A stretch of 64,000 bases of DNA, taken from NCBI GenBank assembly GCA_040954595.2, contig CM082593.2:4047434-4111433 (forward strand), written 5' to 3'. Numbering within the stretch: the stretch's first letter is position 1; every line of letters starts with the position of its first letter. Positions 15,101 through 29,242 of the stretch are shown here, piece by piece. The position numbers and the translations under genes were made by a program. This DNA comes from Balanoglossus misakiensis. Lineage: Eukaryota; Animalia; Hemichordata. The notes beneath the pieces were generated by a model that searched no databases, was not told the origin of the DNA, and saw only the letters and a program-made list of their open reading frames with translations.

Positions 15101-18100
15101 GTCTATAACATGCTGTTTCTATTTGTCCTTCACTGCAGTTACTTTCATCAAGAGACACAAAGCCATTTGCACTAATTGTTCCCCCATTGTCGGGTAATCT
15201 AGCAGGAATCCCGGCCTTTGTCTTTACTTGTTTGATAATGTAGACGATTTTCAATATGGTGTACATTCCCGCCAGGTACTGTGGTCTCACGGAGATGGTT
15301 CTGCGCAGGAAAAGACACCATGAAAACAGATTAAGAAGTTCCGATTTTTTTTCCCCGTGGTCTCTAACAGATGTGCATTCCGCATTCCTAACCTTTGTCT
15401 TACCAATGAATTAACCTGCAACCCCACAGGAAGGAAAAAATCATTGATTATGTAAATTTTTAGAGCACGCACATACTTTGTGTTCAAAAGCCGATCACTT
15501 GTCTTAATGCAGTACTCAGTTTGTCCATATGTTATTATTCAGTTTTCGATTGAAAGCATTCTCAGTAAATTCCCACCACTTGTGGCAAAAATTGGACTGA
15601 AAGAAATCTGGGAAAAGCAGTCATGATACACAGTAGTTGAGGAGATATATTTTACATACTATGAAATTGACCTTTTTAATTTGTCAGCGAAATGCACCTA
15701 TATCACCATGACATCATTAATTAAAATAAGCAAAATAGTCATATTCTGAATTTGAGATATATTAAATATTGGTGGTCATGAAATATCCTACTACAGTATG
15801 GAAATTACTTATTCTCGCAAAAGGAAGTTGGTATTTACCTATACTGTTGTCCAAATAAGGAAGTTGTATTCTATTCAGTATGATGTACGTTTCAGATAGG
15901 TTGAGTTTCCATGGTAATGATAATTCAAATGATGTTTATTTGCTGTGAGTTTACTCATAATATTTTCATTGTAAAATTTTGAAATTTGAAGTTAAAATTT
16001 CATGTGGGTGAAATAAATTCAATTTCACCATCAAAAATTTTGCAGCTCATATGTGACATGAATTTTTAAAATAAGAAGAGATTAATATTAAACAAATTCA
16101 GTTTATTTTCCGTCCTGTATAAAGAATAGAATATAATCTTCTTGAGTTTAGCTATCAAAACATATGTAGACAGAGGATTAATCATTCATATTGGTTCGTT
16201 CAATTAATATGCAAAAACTCGCCAGGGTAGAGGTATATTGCTTGCAAATGTCCTTAGGCTGAGAAATATTAAACAGGGAGTGTAGAACAGGTTGTCATAA
16301 ATGTGTACTGTCTAGAATTCTTAAATGTTTGTAATGATTTCTCAGTATTGACAGACAAAAAGGTTCTGTCTATTGGTGAATGGTGAATTCTTGTTGTGAA
16401 ATGTGAAAGATGTGGTCTTTTGTTGTGTGCTGTGTTTTTACCCTGCTTGCAACATTGTGCCCTGCTGGCTTTCCTATTGGTCGGTACTGACGTCTGTTCA
16501 TGTGTGATGGATCGTGTCTGCCTGGAAGTTCTGATGATGTGGAGTTCATTTAGAATCCAGACAGACATGTACATGTAGGTTCATCCTACCGTTCCGAGTA
16601 CTAAATTAAAACGAATGCATACACATTTCAGTAAAAATGTAATTCCATATATTAAATCAGCTCTCTTGTGACTACTAGTGTTCTCTGTTTACTAGACATC
16701 AATTTCTGTTAGCAAAATACAGCCACTCGTAGGTTGTTCAGAGTCAAGTATTTGACAAGCCTTTAATTTGTAATATCAATGAATAATTTGTCAGCTACCC
16801 TTTTTCTGATGCACTTGATATCGATGTTACTACTCAAGTAAAATCTCTAAGTTTGATCTAGCTATCGAGGAGTACTTGATCAGAGTTGTAAAGTGTGGTG
16901 ACTGACCGCGTAGATGTTTACTCCAATAATGCTTTGGTTGCTATTGTTACCACACTGGTCTACAAGCATATCTTGGTGGAGTTGGACTTGTGATTGAATA
17001 TATCTCACACATGGCTGTTGCTTACATAGTATGGCTGTGGAGAATCGCAGGCATTAGAAGTATTGGAATTTTTTGGTGGAAGGTCACAGTCACCGAGATG
17101 TCATGCCAAGCAGGGGTCAAGTTGTTTTGCCAAGCCCAGTCACTCAACAAATAACAATTAGGAACGTCTAGAGATATTTGGAGCAGAGTACTTCTGTATA
17201 TGGGTATTACTATCAGCAATGACAGCTATTCTGTAACACAAACATCAAACGTGATATCCTGTTAAAACCATTGTAATTTAATCTCATCGAGCCTTGAAAG
17301 AATCATTTTTTATCCCAATGACTAACTTCTGATTGACGAGACAAATAAGAGAAATGTTGTCAGGCATGTAATCTATCCTTGTGATAATCCCAGGAAACGC
17401 ACGAAAATAGAATTGTATTCCGTGGGGGTGAATTTGCAGACTTTAATAAAGACCCCTACAGGAAATCTATGTGAACCGCAAGTATTTGGTCTGAGATATC
17501 AAAACAGATGTGGACGGTCTTGTCCTCTACCCCCAACCTACAAATGGAAATATTAGACATGCTGGGTAGTGGGTCGTCCGATCCATGCACTGATGTGTGG
17601 TGACGACTGTCCTTTCCGTATATGCTGGATGGATTATACCAGCACATTGGCAGATATCCAGGATTATCCCGCTGTACGGCATTGTGTATTGGTGGGAACG
17701 ACGAAGCTGGCCTTGGTGGTAGCCATCCCGCATGTTTCATAACTTCATGTGACCAGGAAAATTAACGCTTTTGTTGAGTGTCGGACTAATATAACAATAA
17801 CAGATCAACCACACTGATGTCAGAGTTCCGCAAAAAACGCTTTCAAGCAGTTATATAAGAGCCATGATTACCTAATTTCATGATCCAGCCGGCCATAATT
17901 GCATATCATCGTTTGAAAAGAGACACCATATTTTCACAGCAAAACATCACTGCTGCAGGACAATTGGCCTTTTGTCCTTTTGCTTTTACTTGGCCATGTT
18001 TATTTAACATTCGCGCTTTTGGTGCACTCAAAAAACATCTCACATGATGGAAAATATTGAAAACAATTAGCAGTGAAAGAGTTATATAAATATGCTGTAT

Positions 18101-21100
18101 TTTTAAATACAATTGATATAACCAGGAGCCAACTATTGAAGGCAGAGGGGGCATAGGGTATGTCACCCTACCGTCAATACACCATCCTTATGCAATAGAT
18201 ACATTGCATAGACTGCAATATCGTGATGAGTATCACCTGTCCATAGTTGAATTATTGTGTCTCTCTGAGGAGAGGAAACGCCCAATCTAAGCCAATATCC
18301 TGTTATCGCAGCATTCCAATAAAAGCCAGGTTATCAGGGTAATAGACTTAGCGCGATACCATCAAACCACTAAAGGGTCTGATTTGTGAAAGATGACGAC
18401 CAGTTGACGGAACGGTGTGGTCTGCAGCAAGACTGGAATAATGCTTCGTTTGTTGCAGTACCTTAGACAATGCAGCATTGAAATTTGGTGTCAAGTGTGG
18501 TAAAGGAAACACAGATAAATTGGCCTGAGAATAAAAACAAGGGGGTATAGAATTAAAGGGTGCCTGTGTCATTTGAAAGTAATACTATTGTTTTGAAGTG
18601 AAAGGAGGGCCCTGTTTCGCAGTCTCCAGTTCCAACCAGTTAGGTCACACTAGCTCCCACATGAGTGACTATTGGGGTCATCGTACGCCATGCTAAGGTC
18701 ACCACACTCTGAGACATTTCTGTCGTTCAGCGACCATCTGAGATGTTGATTTGGAATGGGCCGTGCATTCCAAAAGCCAACAAACCGAGAAGGAACAGTA
18801 GCACGCATGCAAATCTGGGTGTTTTTGCCTCGCAGCATTCTGGGGGTGACTGCTGAGATGTGAACCAGTTTCTGAACTTTTCAACGAGTCCAAGAAAGAC
18901 TAGGAAAAATTCAGCAAGTCCTGGGAGTTAGATCGCACGACAGATGATACATGTATCTTCCCATTCTGTGATCTGGTTGCTAAATAAGGTATCACAAAGT
19001 ATTTACCAAAAGCCCAAACCACTTCAAATGGTATACAGCAAAAAAAATATCTTTAAGTGGCAAAATTTTCAGTGTATAGTCTCAGTTTTGTTGACTTAAT
19101 GTGATCCAAGTATTTAGAAAAGTTTACAGTATCTTCAGCCATTGTACACTACAAATGTAGTCTGTGATCAGCCGGTAACTGTTATCAAGTCAACTCGTCA
19201 TGTCTATTCACTCACCAGCACAATCAAAAGACAACTCTTTGTGGGAAGTTCAACAATGCAGTTTCCTTCAGTTTATAAAAGAAGTCATAAAATTTGAAGT
19301 TCTTTCCAGAGCCGAGGTTGTAAATATCACAGACTTATCGATCAGGCCTTCTCGGCTATAAAACACACACTTGTGGCCTTGTGTGTGTCTGTCTTTTATT
19401 ATTGAGATGAACATAAACTAAGTATTAGTGAAACAGAAGATGACATTCTTGGTTTTATTTGTGTTTTCGGCGTGTTTTATATCTGCCTATCTACCGCTGG
19501 GTATCATTAGTTAAATCTAGACGTAAAAACTACTTTTGAAGGAGGTGGGTTTAGAGTGATTGACTGTTATCTCCAAGGGAGCCCCTTGTCCTGTCTGCCA
19601 CTTGTACAGCGCTATCTACCTTTTAGTGTTTTATCACATGAAGCTACACTGGTTTTCTCTTCGACTGCTATTAGCAATCTTCAGGAAAAATCCCTAACAG
19701 CACTTGAAAAGAAAAGAAAACACAATTACTGGTCACAATGCACACCAGCGTATGTTTGGAAACAAAGTCTTTCAAAGTGGAACCAATCTGGCGAAGGTCA
19801 TAGGTCAGAGTGCCAGAAGAAAAAAAAAGAACAACCATCCCTGAAAACAGACCCTGCTAGCTTTTTTTGTCCCGAGAACAAAAGATGTGTCCTCAGGTTT
19901 TGATCGTTTGGTTACTTTGGACGGTCACAACGCCTCCTTTTGTGAAAGAGAACACAAGCAGGGTTGGCTGAGCGTGTCTGTGCAGGACTTGGTTGCGATT
20001 GTCTCAAGGTGGACGCATTAAAGTTTCCGAGCACGGTCAACACACCCGGCCTATAGCATTGCATAACACAAACACTGCAGTCGCACAATAGAGACATCCA
20101 TTAAAATTTTGGCTGAGTGCCTGTGTAAATCACACGTGCAGTGCAGCGACTGGCCCCGTCAGCAGTTTCAATTCCCAGTGCAGTTTGTCAAAACATTGTC
20201 CCCCTTTTAGTGGGAATTTTCGCCCCAGAGTGGACGGCCATGATAGATGTGTTTTGTCAAAGGATTTATAGGTGGTGGAAACATCAAAGGACAGCCATCA
20301 ATTGTAGTCCTCAAAGCCACTACATTATATGACATACAGGATATTGTATGTCATGAAATTCAGTACATCAATGACCACTCACTATATGCTGGATGAATTA
20401 TTGTAATATTCCCACAGTCCTTTGAAAGTTCTATATTTTTTTATCTTGCAGGCTTTAATCTACCATGATGGTAATCTGTACTCAGGATCAGTAGAAGCTC
20501 TTATACAACACATAGTACCAACAGCAGATTACTATCCAGATGTAAGTTGGCATACACCCCATGTCCATCAACACAATTTTATAAAATTTACATTGTGACT
20601 TTACTTTGTGCCTAGTATACCGTACATGTATACAGCTGCTAATTTCTCATTTTGTATTGAGCAGAATATATCTTCAGTGTCCCCTTAGCATTTCTAAACA
20701 TTTTAGCCAAACAGTAATTTGATAGTGAAAACATAACATGACCACTACAAAGCATCATATTTCATTCTCAAGCTCATTCACAATTCACAAGTACATTGTA
20801 AATGGAAGGCTCCAGATGCAGCGCTGTGATTGGCTGAACACAAAAGGGCTTGATGGTGAATGGCCATTACTGGACAATTCCTGTTTTGCCTCGTCAGTGG
20901 CTGCAAAGCCTTTCACTAATTGGTACATTAGTGTGCTCTGAAAACATCTGCCGGTACCCATCAATTAATATTAAGTTGATTTCTGTGTCCATCTGGCCCA
21001 GAGGTACATGTACACATGTAATAATTATTAATTTGTTCATCTTGCAGAGAACATATATTTTTGCCTTTATCCTGTGCAGTAGACTATTTATGCGACCTTT

Positions 21101-24100
21101 CGAATTACTTCAAGAAGTTTGTCAGGTGAGTTGTTAATGCCACCATATATGGTACATGTCTCTTAACTCAAGAGGCAAAAATGAACCACAACTTGTCTTT
21201 TTGAAATCATATTTCTGATGTTAATTCAGTCATTTCAGTTACTGTTATCATAGATAATATCAAAACATTTTGACCAATATAAAAATTAACTTTTTTGCGA
21301 TCATGCAAATATTTGTAATGGCTTTGATCTTACAAGCCAGACAGGTCATGTGTTTGGTACATGTACTTGTAAACAGCATTGTTATTGAAATGCAAGACTT
21401 AGACCTTGAACATGAAGTACCCCATTTTCGTGGCGTGGCGTGACAACAGATTCAAAACATGCCAGAGGTTGACCAGGCATTCCAGTATGCAGCGAAAAGG
21501 CATCTGAGACAACAGCCATGATGAATGGAGTTGGAGAAAGAATGTCTGTGCCTTTACGTTTCACAACTACCGTAATGTACCACAACAGATCATTCAATAT
21601 CTCCATATATTATGTCGGCAGTCAAACTTTCTACACAAAACACTGGAGACCGCCCTGTCAGATTGTCTGGCCAGTTTGAATGATGACAGAATACGCTAGG
21701 CCCCTCGCCCAAGCGCATAAATCAACGTGTGAGATAAAAGAAAGACCGTCTCGCGGTGTGCAAAGACTTAGCACCAAACTGCTTGTCCACAAATAGCGCC
21801 CTATTCTCCATTTTTAGTAAAAACCCGCTTCAAAATTACAGCCTTTCAAAATGATTTACGAGCCATGTTCTATGATTGACCAGTGACGCGCAACAACCTT
21901 AGTGATCCAGAAACCAGAAACCCAGCCCTGCATAAAAACCAGTTGCGTGTTTATTACTCCATTTTAAACCCCCAAGGAAAGAAATTATCTGTCGATGACT
22001 GTGAATACTTCTTTACATACTTTTCATATTTCCTTTCGTCTACTGCACGAATGATGTCATAGTAGTGTCAAAGGTCACCAGAACACCCACTGCATGAGTA
22101 ACTGCAGTACATTATCAAAATAGCTCGCACATAGAATATCACTCAGTCACGTCATTTTTTTTTCAAAACAGGCTTTTATGCAGTAAAAGTTATGACACAC
22201 AGGATGGCAGACTATCAACTCTGTTATATGTTTCAATCTCATAGAGATTGTTAATCTCAATATTTTTGTCGTTTGCAGTTATGTATCATACAACAGAATC
22301 TGCATGAGCGAATCATAGATAGAGAAAAATTCAGTAAGTTTGGACCAAACATGGTGCAGTTGCTCAGGTGAGTTCAGTAAAAAAGTATATTATAGTCTTT
22401 CAAACATCTTGATGTTGGAGTGTTGGATCTGACAAGATGACATTAGTCAGCTTTTTTGACCGCCTATTGATTTTTATTTTTTTACCCCCAGTGAATGGAC
22501 AGAAACATTCCCGTACGACTTCAGGGATGAGAGAATGATGAGACACCTGAAAGAAATCACTCAGAAGTGTGCCTCCATAGACCACAGTCTTCGAAAAGGC
22601 ATCGGACAACTCATGCAGACACTTATCAGGAGGGTAGGTACACACCACAATGTCTATCCGCCTTCATAAGCAGACTTGCAGTTGTCTATGTCTATGTCTA
22701 AATTCCCCTCTTCAGTTGTGGTAACTTTGGAAATGGCCACCCCGATTGGCAGAGCCGAGACACTGTGACATTGTGTTGTAGACATGAAATGCTGTACGGT
22801 TGATGGGATATTGCATGGCAGTGGTTAATCAAACTGCGTTGAAAGATTCCCTTTGTTTGGTCGGTCACTTTGTCACAAAACTTGTCCTTTTGAATTCGGA
22901 TTTTGCTTTGATCATTGTTCAGTAAAGTGATAATTTAGTGTATAATTAGTGATGAAAATTCAGTCTACCGTTGTATGTGCTTTTTTTGACAAACCTTTCT
23001 TTCATTCCCCACCCCACCCCACAGCTTGCCATGTTAGAGAAGTATGAGGAAATCCTGGCCAAAGTCAACGCCGCAGCTGCCGATCGAATGCACATGCTCA
23101 GAGCCAACCCTGCAGCTTTCCAAACCAATATGATCGAAATTTGTCCAGATCCGTATGTACTAGCGCAACAACTTACACACATTGAGCTTGTAAGTATCAC
23201 AATATTACAATTTTAAACGTAATACAACTTTTCCAGTTTTTAGAAAATGAATGATTTAAATGTGCATCATCCTTAGTTTCACATTTCTTCACAGCTGAAA
23301 ATTTGACAACAGTTCTGAAACTTTAGATCACAATTCTGACAGTAATCTTCTTTTTGTTTGACAGGAGAGGTTGACAAATATTGGTCCTGAAGAATTTGTG
23401 CAGACGTTCATGAAGAAAGAATTGGATGACGCTAAGGTAAATAGAAAGATTTGCACCACTTTATTTATGATCACAAAGTCTACAACATTTCTCAGCCCGA
23501 TTTCAATTCCTGAAATTTAAAAAAATCAGTGTGGCGATAGGTTATCCCAATCATGACAGACAGTGGTGCTTACTTATATCTCCCTGCCTATTCCAATATT
23601 AAAATTTGCAGGCTTGACTATGATTTGTAAAATTAAATTATTTTGAATTTATTGTTAGGCAACTTGGAGTGCCCGGGGTGATGTTTTTGTTTTAATACAG
23701 TCTGTATTTCAGGATGTGAAGAAAACCAACAACTTAGAAGCGTACGTAGAGTGGTTCAATAGACTTAGTTACTTAGTAGCGACAGAAGTGTGTATGCACA
23801 TCAAGAAGAAACATCGGGCGAAGCTAATCGACTTCTTCATCGATGTGGCCAAAGAATGTTTCAACATTGGCAACTTTAACTCACTCATGGCCATTCTTGG
23901 TAAGGGAGAAATTGGAATTTTTTTGTCTTGATCTGAGGAAAGATAATTATGAAATCACACAAGACAGCTTGTGTTGTTACTGACAAGGCATTATGTCTGA
24001 AGGCACCAGTCAAGTTCAAGATTATGTCGTGTTGGTGACGTGTGATTAGTGTAAACCTATTGTAGGTATCTGTGTTATGTAGGTGTACAGTTTTAAATGG

Positions 24101-25247
24101 GCATGTTTAATGGACAGACTGTATGCTTTGCCTGTAACATTGTAATAATTTTACTCCAACTATTTTACAGCTGGCCTAAATATGAGTCCAGTGGCAAGAC
24201 TCAAAAAGACCTGGGGGAAAGTGAACACAGCAAAGTTCGAAGTCTTAGAGGTCAGTACAGCTTCCATTCTGAAATAGTTTAAGTCTTCAAAGTGGCACCT
24301 TGGTTTTATAAGTTTTCTTTCGCCTTTCACATGACCTGATGATGGTAATGTCGCCCTCCCACATGCAATAATTCTTTCGTTTTTGATCTTCCAGAACCTG
24401 ATGGATCCCACGTCGAACTTCGGAAACTACAGGCAGGCCTTGAAAGCGGCAATACAGAGATCCAAAGCATCGATCGGAGGCGGCGATTGCATGGTGATTC
24501 CATTCTTCAGCCTCCTTGTCAAAGACATTTACTTTCTCAACGAAGGATGTACAAATAAACTTGACACTGGCCATGTGAATTTTGATGTGAGTAGATTTGT
24601 TTTGTTTGGTACATTTTACAGTTTTCCATCATCATTCTCAAAACTAGTATTGGTCAAAAGACATGAAATACTTCTGAAAGAGAGCGCATATAAACATAGC
24701 ATTTATACTGATTATTCAGGTAGTAAAAATGGCATCAATCAGTCAATCACAAGTGACATTATCATATGACCGTTTCTTTCCTTTCTTTGACAGAAATTCT
24801 GGCAACTGGCCAAACAGATCACCGAGTTCATCACGTGGAAACAAGTTGATTGTCCGTTTTCAAGGGACCGACAAGCCCTCAACTATTTACTCACGGCACC
24901 AGTATTTACAGAACATTGTAAGTCTCAGTGTTTTTACCAGAATTGTTAAGTCAATCATTCTGTTGGCATATAGTGATTTCCGTGTCTTAAATGCTCTTGG
25001 TGTACTAACTTAGTCATTCTATTTACTTTTCTTCCAGCTCTTTACTTAGCCTCGTACGAAAGTGAGAGTCCAGAAAATGAGTTTGAGAAAGAAAGGTACA
25101 AGACCATCAGGTAAGCTGTCAATATCCGTTTTGTTGTTTTTGTTTAAGATACATTTTGGTCAATTGGATGTACAAAAGCGAACTCATTTCTTTTTTTACC
25201 TCATCAGGGGCAGCACTAAGAAATCACACGGTGAGAAGTTGAAGTGA
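12193..25247 (+). CDS. RASGEF1: Ras-GEF domain-containing family member 1 (RASGEF1A/B/C co-ortholog; REM + CDC25 domains), multi-exon
   Basis: GT-AG exons in compatible phase: 12160/12193-12339, 20452-20541, 21048-21125, 22279-22367, 22492-22633, 23025-23189, 23365-23436, 23701-23899, 24171-24250, 24395-24586, 24794-24917, 25038-25110, 25208-25247. Peptides YHDGNLYSGSVEALIQH..DYYPDRTYIF, EWTETFPYDFRDERMM, LAQQLTHIELERL, NLEAYVEWFNRLSYLVATE, ECFNIGNFNSLMAI, VIPFFSLLVKDIYFLNEG, LYLASYESE match RASGEF1 as recalled. ATG 12193 sits in GCCACCATG; the true start may be upstream. Confidence 0.95.
14442..14546 (+). CDS. Candidate alternative first coding exon of RASGEF1 (MEILHAPRSIRPPFAGYRVQHYRPRSVCFDYKRAD)
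   Basis: aaccATGG start, 35 codons, GAT|gtgagt donor in phase 0, compatible with exon 20452; CpG-richer than surrounding intron. Confidence 0.45.
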
Positions 25248-27913
25248 TAGGGGAGGGAGTCTTCGTGATGTGTAGAGAGTGTAAATACAAGAATCGGTGC
25301 CATCCAGTCACGTGATGTAAATACAGACATGATACAAGCACCCTGGTTCAGCAAAGACTGATTTTTTATGCTGCGACCACGCTTGTTGATGATTTGCTGT
25401 GGCTGCTCAAAGACACCAAAAAACATAGTACCCCGCGTCGGACGTCGATGTACAAAGATTGTGCCCGCAATATGGACCACAAAGTACGAAGACCGAGCCA
25501 CAAGTCGGGACCTTGATGTACAGAATTATGAGTGTAATATATACTTGACAACAGAGCACTTGAACGATGACAATCAAATATAAAGAATTTTATGGTTTTA
25601 AACATATCTGTTTTATAGATAGGAGCCCTTTGAGTTCAAAATGAGCCAGAGGGGGCGCTATTTATGAATGCCTGGAACTATGGGTATAGATAGCGCTTGT
25701 CTTAAAACTTTGAGCATAGCTGAACACGGCAATGCCAATGTAGGCCATTTTTCCCACAAGTTGCATATGAAATATATCACATTTCACCCGATGTTGACGC
25801 ATCAAACCATAGTGTAACACCTGCCAGTATTTGTGTTCTGAGTGGGTGATCCCTTCAGCTTTAAGTTATTGATCTGACAACTCAATGACAATCCTTTTAG
25901 TTACATGTCCGTATACGTGCTCATTAAAAATCTGGTGATTGCAGGATGAGTTAACCCTTGTTATCAGTCATCAGAGACAGCTCGTACCCTGGTTGAGCAA
26001 ACAACAACAAAATATGCGCATTAATCTGACTTTGTACAAACACTGAGAGCGTACTTCCTGAACCTCGGCATTCAATGTATATTTAGCATTCAGGATGAGA
26101 CCTGTCAGCACTCGGAAAGATGTTGAATTTTGCCCTTTCAGTCTACTCAAGAGAAGGATCCTGTTTATCATCACAGAATGAAGTTCCAGTTGTGTTTTTC
26201 GCGTGAAGAGGAAATTTCACCCACTTGTGAAGCCAGTCCTTGTGATAATTGCTGCATGTTCCTGCCTTGTGTTCTACCGTAGCCATGTTCCCCTTTTTTG
26301 ACAAAGCATACCCTTTAGTGGTTTTTACCACTCAGTATTGGTTAGCTCCATTGCTCTTTTGCCGCAGCAAATGCTTGTATAGATGTATAAATAGTCTTTA
26401 TTCATTTTTAGTGGCCAAGTTTATTTTCCCCACTGCCATGGTTTTATACCACAGATGTTTGTACATAAATGTAGAATATTATGTTTTTGTGTCATTCAGT
26501 GCCTTGTATGCTGTCCACCACTTTGCAATTTAATTGCAGGCTCACTTCGTGTAAATGCGCAACTACTTTTTTTCCAGAGAGACTTAAATTTTATCTAATT
26601 TATTGATTAAAATTATGTATGCAAATTTGGCAGCAGTTTGGCCAATTGCACTATAGGTTGCTAAGTGAATATTAAGAATGTCCTGTAGTCTCTTGATTAG
26701 CATATTCTGAAATCTAAGCACTGTACAGTGAAAGCTGTCTAAACTCAATGGGTGTTTCATTTTTCATGAGCTCATTTTCAAGTTTTCATTAACCATTTCA
26801 CCCCCAGTTCTCTCTTTAGAGGTCCAACCTTACCATAGTATAAAACAATAGGTTTGGACTGAAACATCGTGGTGAAAGGGTTATTTAAGTATCTCGTTGA
26901 CTGGAATGCTTGGAAAAAGTGTCCAGTTTATTCAGGGTTCTGGTGTATCAGGGGTTTGGTATATATAGGTTTCACTGTGCTTTGCCAGATTTTGTGGAGA
27001 GTTTTTTCACAGATGGTATTTTGGTATCACAGAATGTTATCTAGCTATCACCCAGCACAGGGAGCCTCACACGTGTGATGAGCCTTCAGTATTCATCAGT
27101 GCTGAATGATCTTAAATGAGAAACCCACCTTCTCTGAATCACAAGACCTTGCCTGTCAGGTTGCATTCATAAATTGTCGATCTATACAGTCACAGACGTC
27201 TCTTTGTAGCTTTATGAATTGGTCAATTAAGATACGCATGGAATATGCTTTCAAGTAGAGAATATCCAGATGTTAATATTTCCTGCAGGGAAGGTCTTCA
27301 ATCACCACACGTCAGACTTTTGTCACATTTTATTCTGTTGCAGTCGCAACCCATTTCTTTCGCCAATTTGTAAATATGTATGAATTACCTTTACAGAATT
27401 GTATATCAGTTATTTCAGTGCATGTGTGCTGTCAATGTACAAGTCTAGTCTCGCTTGTCCTTTATGTTCAGCCGTTTCACAAAATATTTGCCATCAAAAT
27501 GACAAATAAAAATGAGGCTAATACTCAAAGGAAACACTGCTTGTTGTGTGTGACTGTCTATTGCTACCAATGGGGAAACAAAATCAGAAACATACATCCA
27601 TACATACGGACGCAACCGATCCCATAAGGTCCCATGGTATAAACCAATGGGACCTAAAAATGATGAAACCAGCCAAAGTCCACTGAACAAAGGTACTGTT
27701 TATTGACCATCAGCTGACAACAATCATACACGTACAGTCGCCATAGGAACTGTTATTCCACACAGATCTGCTGGTTGTATCTCTTTGCAAATTCATCAAT
27801 GGACAGTGAATATCTCACTAAATACTTATACAAGTATACCAGTAGTCTAACATACATTCACAGTCAATACCATCAGTCAATAAATAATGATGTGAAAACA
27901 ATGTAGTTCGCTG

Positions 27914-28900
27914 TCATTTCGATTTGGACTTCTGTTCTGCTTCCGTCTTCATTCCCCCAAGACACTGAGGAGATTTGGAAACTGCTGCATTCTCTTCCCA
28001 CTGTTGTGGCGTTTTGGCCTACCAAAATAAAAAAGATACTTTTGAAATATTTCACCTATTAAATAAAACACTGAAAATCAACTTTCCATGGTAACTTAAT
28101 TGGCTAAATTTGCACAGTTAATAATTGGGGAAAATTCATGAAGTACATAAAGATTGGAAAGAAGTACATACCTGTATTGATAATGCATGCACTGGCCCTT
28201 TTAATTCTTCTTGTAGAATGTCATTCACAATCCGGTGTCGCTTGATCAGCGCCTGTTTGTCAAATTGATCTGATACCACCACAACTTTGAAGTGAGTTTC
28301 TGATCCTTTGGGTACATTATGCATGTGGCTTTCATTGATCACCTGTAAATGGGCTGGCTGAAATATAAGAACAAATACATATCAAAATTTGCCTGTATGT
28401 CTAGTTGTCAAACCCTGAATGAACTGATACATTAGTTCAGGCAAATGGCTGAAATATAGCAGCAATAATTGTAGCCTTGGTGGGCTGAGTCGTGTGGCTT
28501 ATGCGATGCCCAACGAACCAAGCTACAGTTATTGCAGCTATCTGAAATACTGCTGGCAAACAATACCTGTAAACTGTCAGATAACTTTTTAGTTATTGTT
28601 GTTTGTATCGGTCCAGTTGACGCAGACATTATCTTGCTACAGTGCAGATCACGCCGTGTAAAGTTCTGATGGCACGGATTTCTCAATACACGTTGGATGA
28701 TGCTATTTTTATTGATGAGTCTGAGGGTCAAACCTATAAGTGGAAAATAACATACATGTAACTTTCAGTGTGATACTGGTAGAGCCACCCCCCCCCCCCC
28801 CCACCCCCTCCCTCATTCTTTGGTTATGTCACTGACATCTGAAACCACTGGGTATACATGTCATACCTTAATGCCACCGAAACTTACCAAGTGAACTCAT
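27914..28900 (-). CDS. BOLA1: BolA-like protein 1 (mitochondrial Fe-S / glutaredoxin partner)
   Basis: Exons 28900-28888, 28733-28567, 28357-28172, 28018-27914 with consistent phases. Peptides [64 protein letters not shown]. Basic, nearly acid-free N-terminus resembles a mitochondrial presequence. Confidence 0.94.
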
Positions 28901-29242
28901 TTCAACTATTGCTGGGGGAATAAACACTTACATACTGCATGGAACATGTGTATTGAGTATGTACATGTATGTCAGTTGCAGCTGACTGAAACTGATGACG
29001 TCATTTCTGCCTAATGCTCATTGAGTCTTTTGCAGTCCATATTTTCGTCGGGAGGGCGAATGAAGTCTGACGTGCATTTCTTCAATGAATGTCTGATATT
29101 CGTTTCGTTTTGTAAATATAATCAACGAATAAACATTTCTAAATATTTATGTTACTAAATTGAGTTTTATTTTTAATGATAATGAACCATGAGGAATTAG
29201 TTGAACGACATTTTGAGAATAACGCGACGAGTGATAACCAAG
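28901..29242. promoter_or_regulatory. Putative bidirectional promoter BOLA1/DCTN4
   Basis: Start codons diverge about 340 bp apart; CRE palindrome TGACGTCA at 28996-29003; YY1-like CAAGATGGCGG overlaps the DCTN4 ATG. Confidence 0.65.

Noticed and set aside
21519-21572. Short ATG-initiated in-phase segment in a RASGEF1 intron
   Set aside because: Weak donor (gtaatg) and it would truncate the REM domain; insufficient support.
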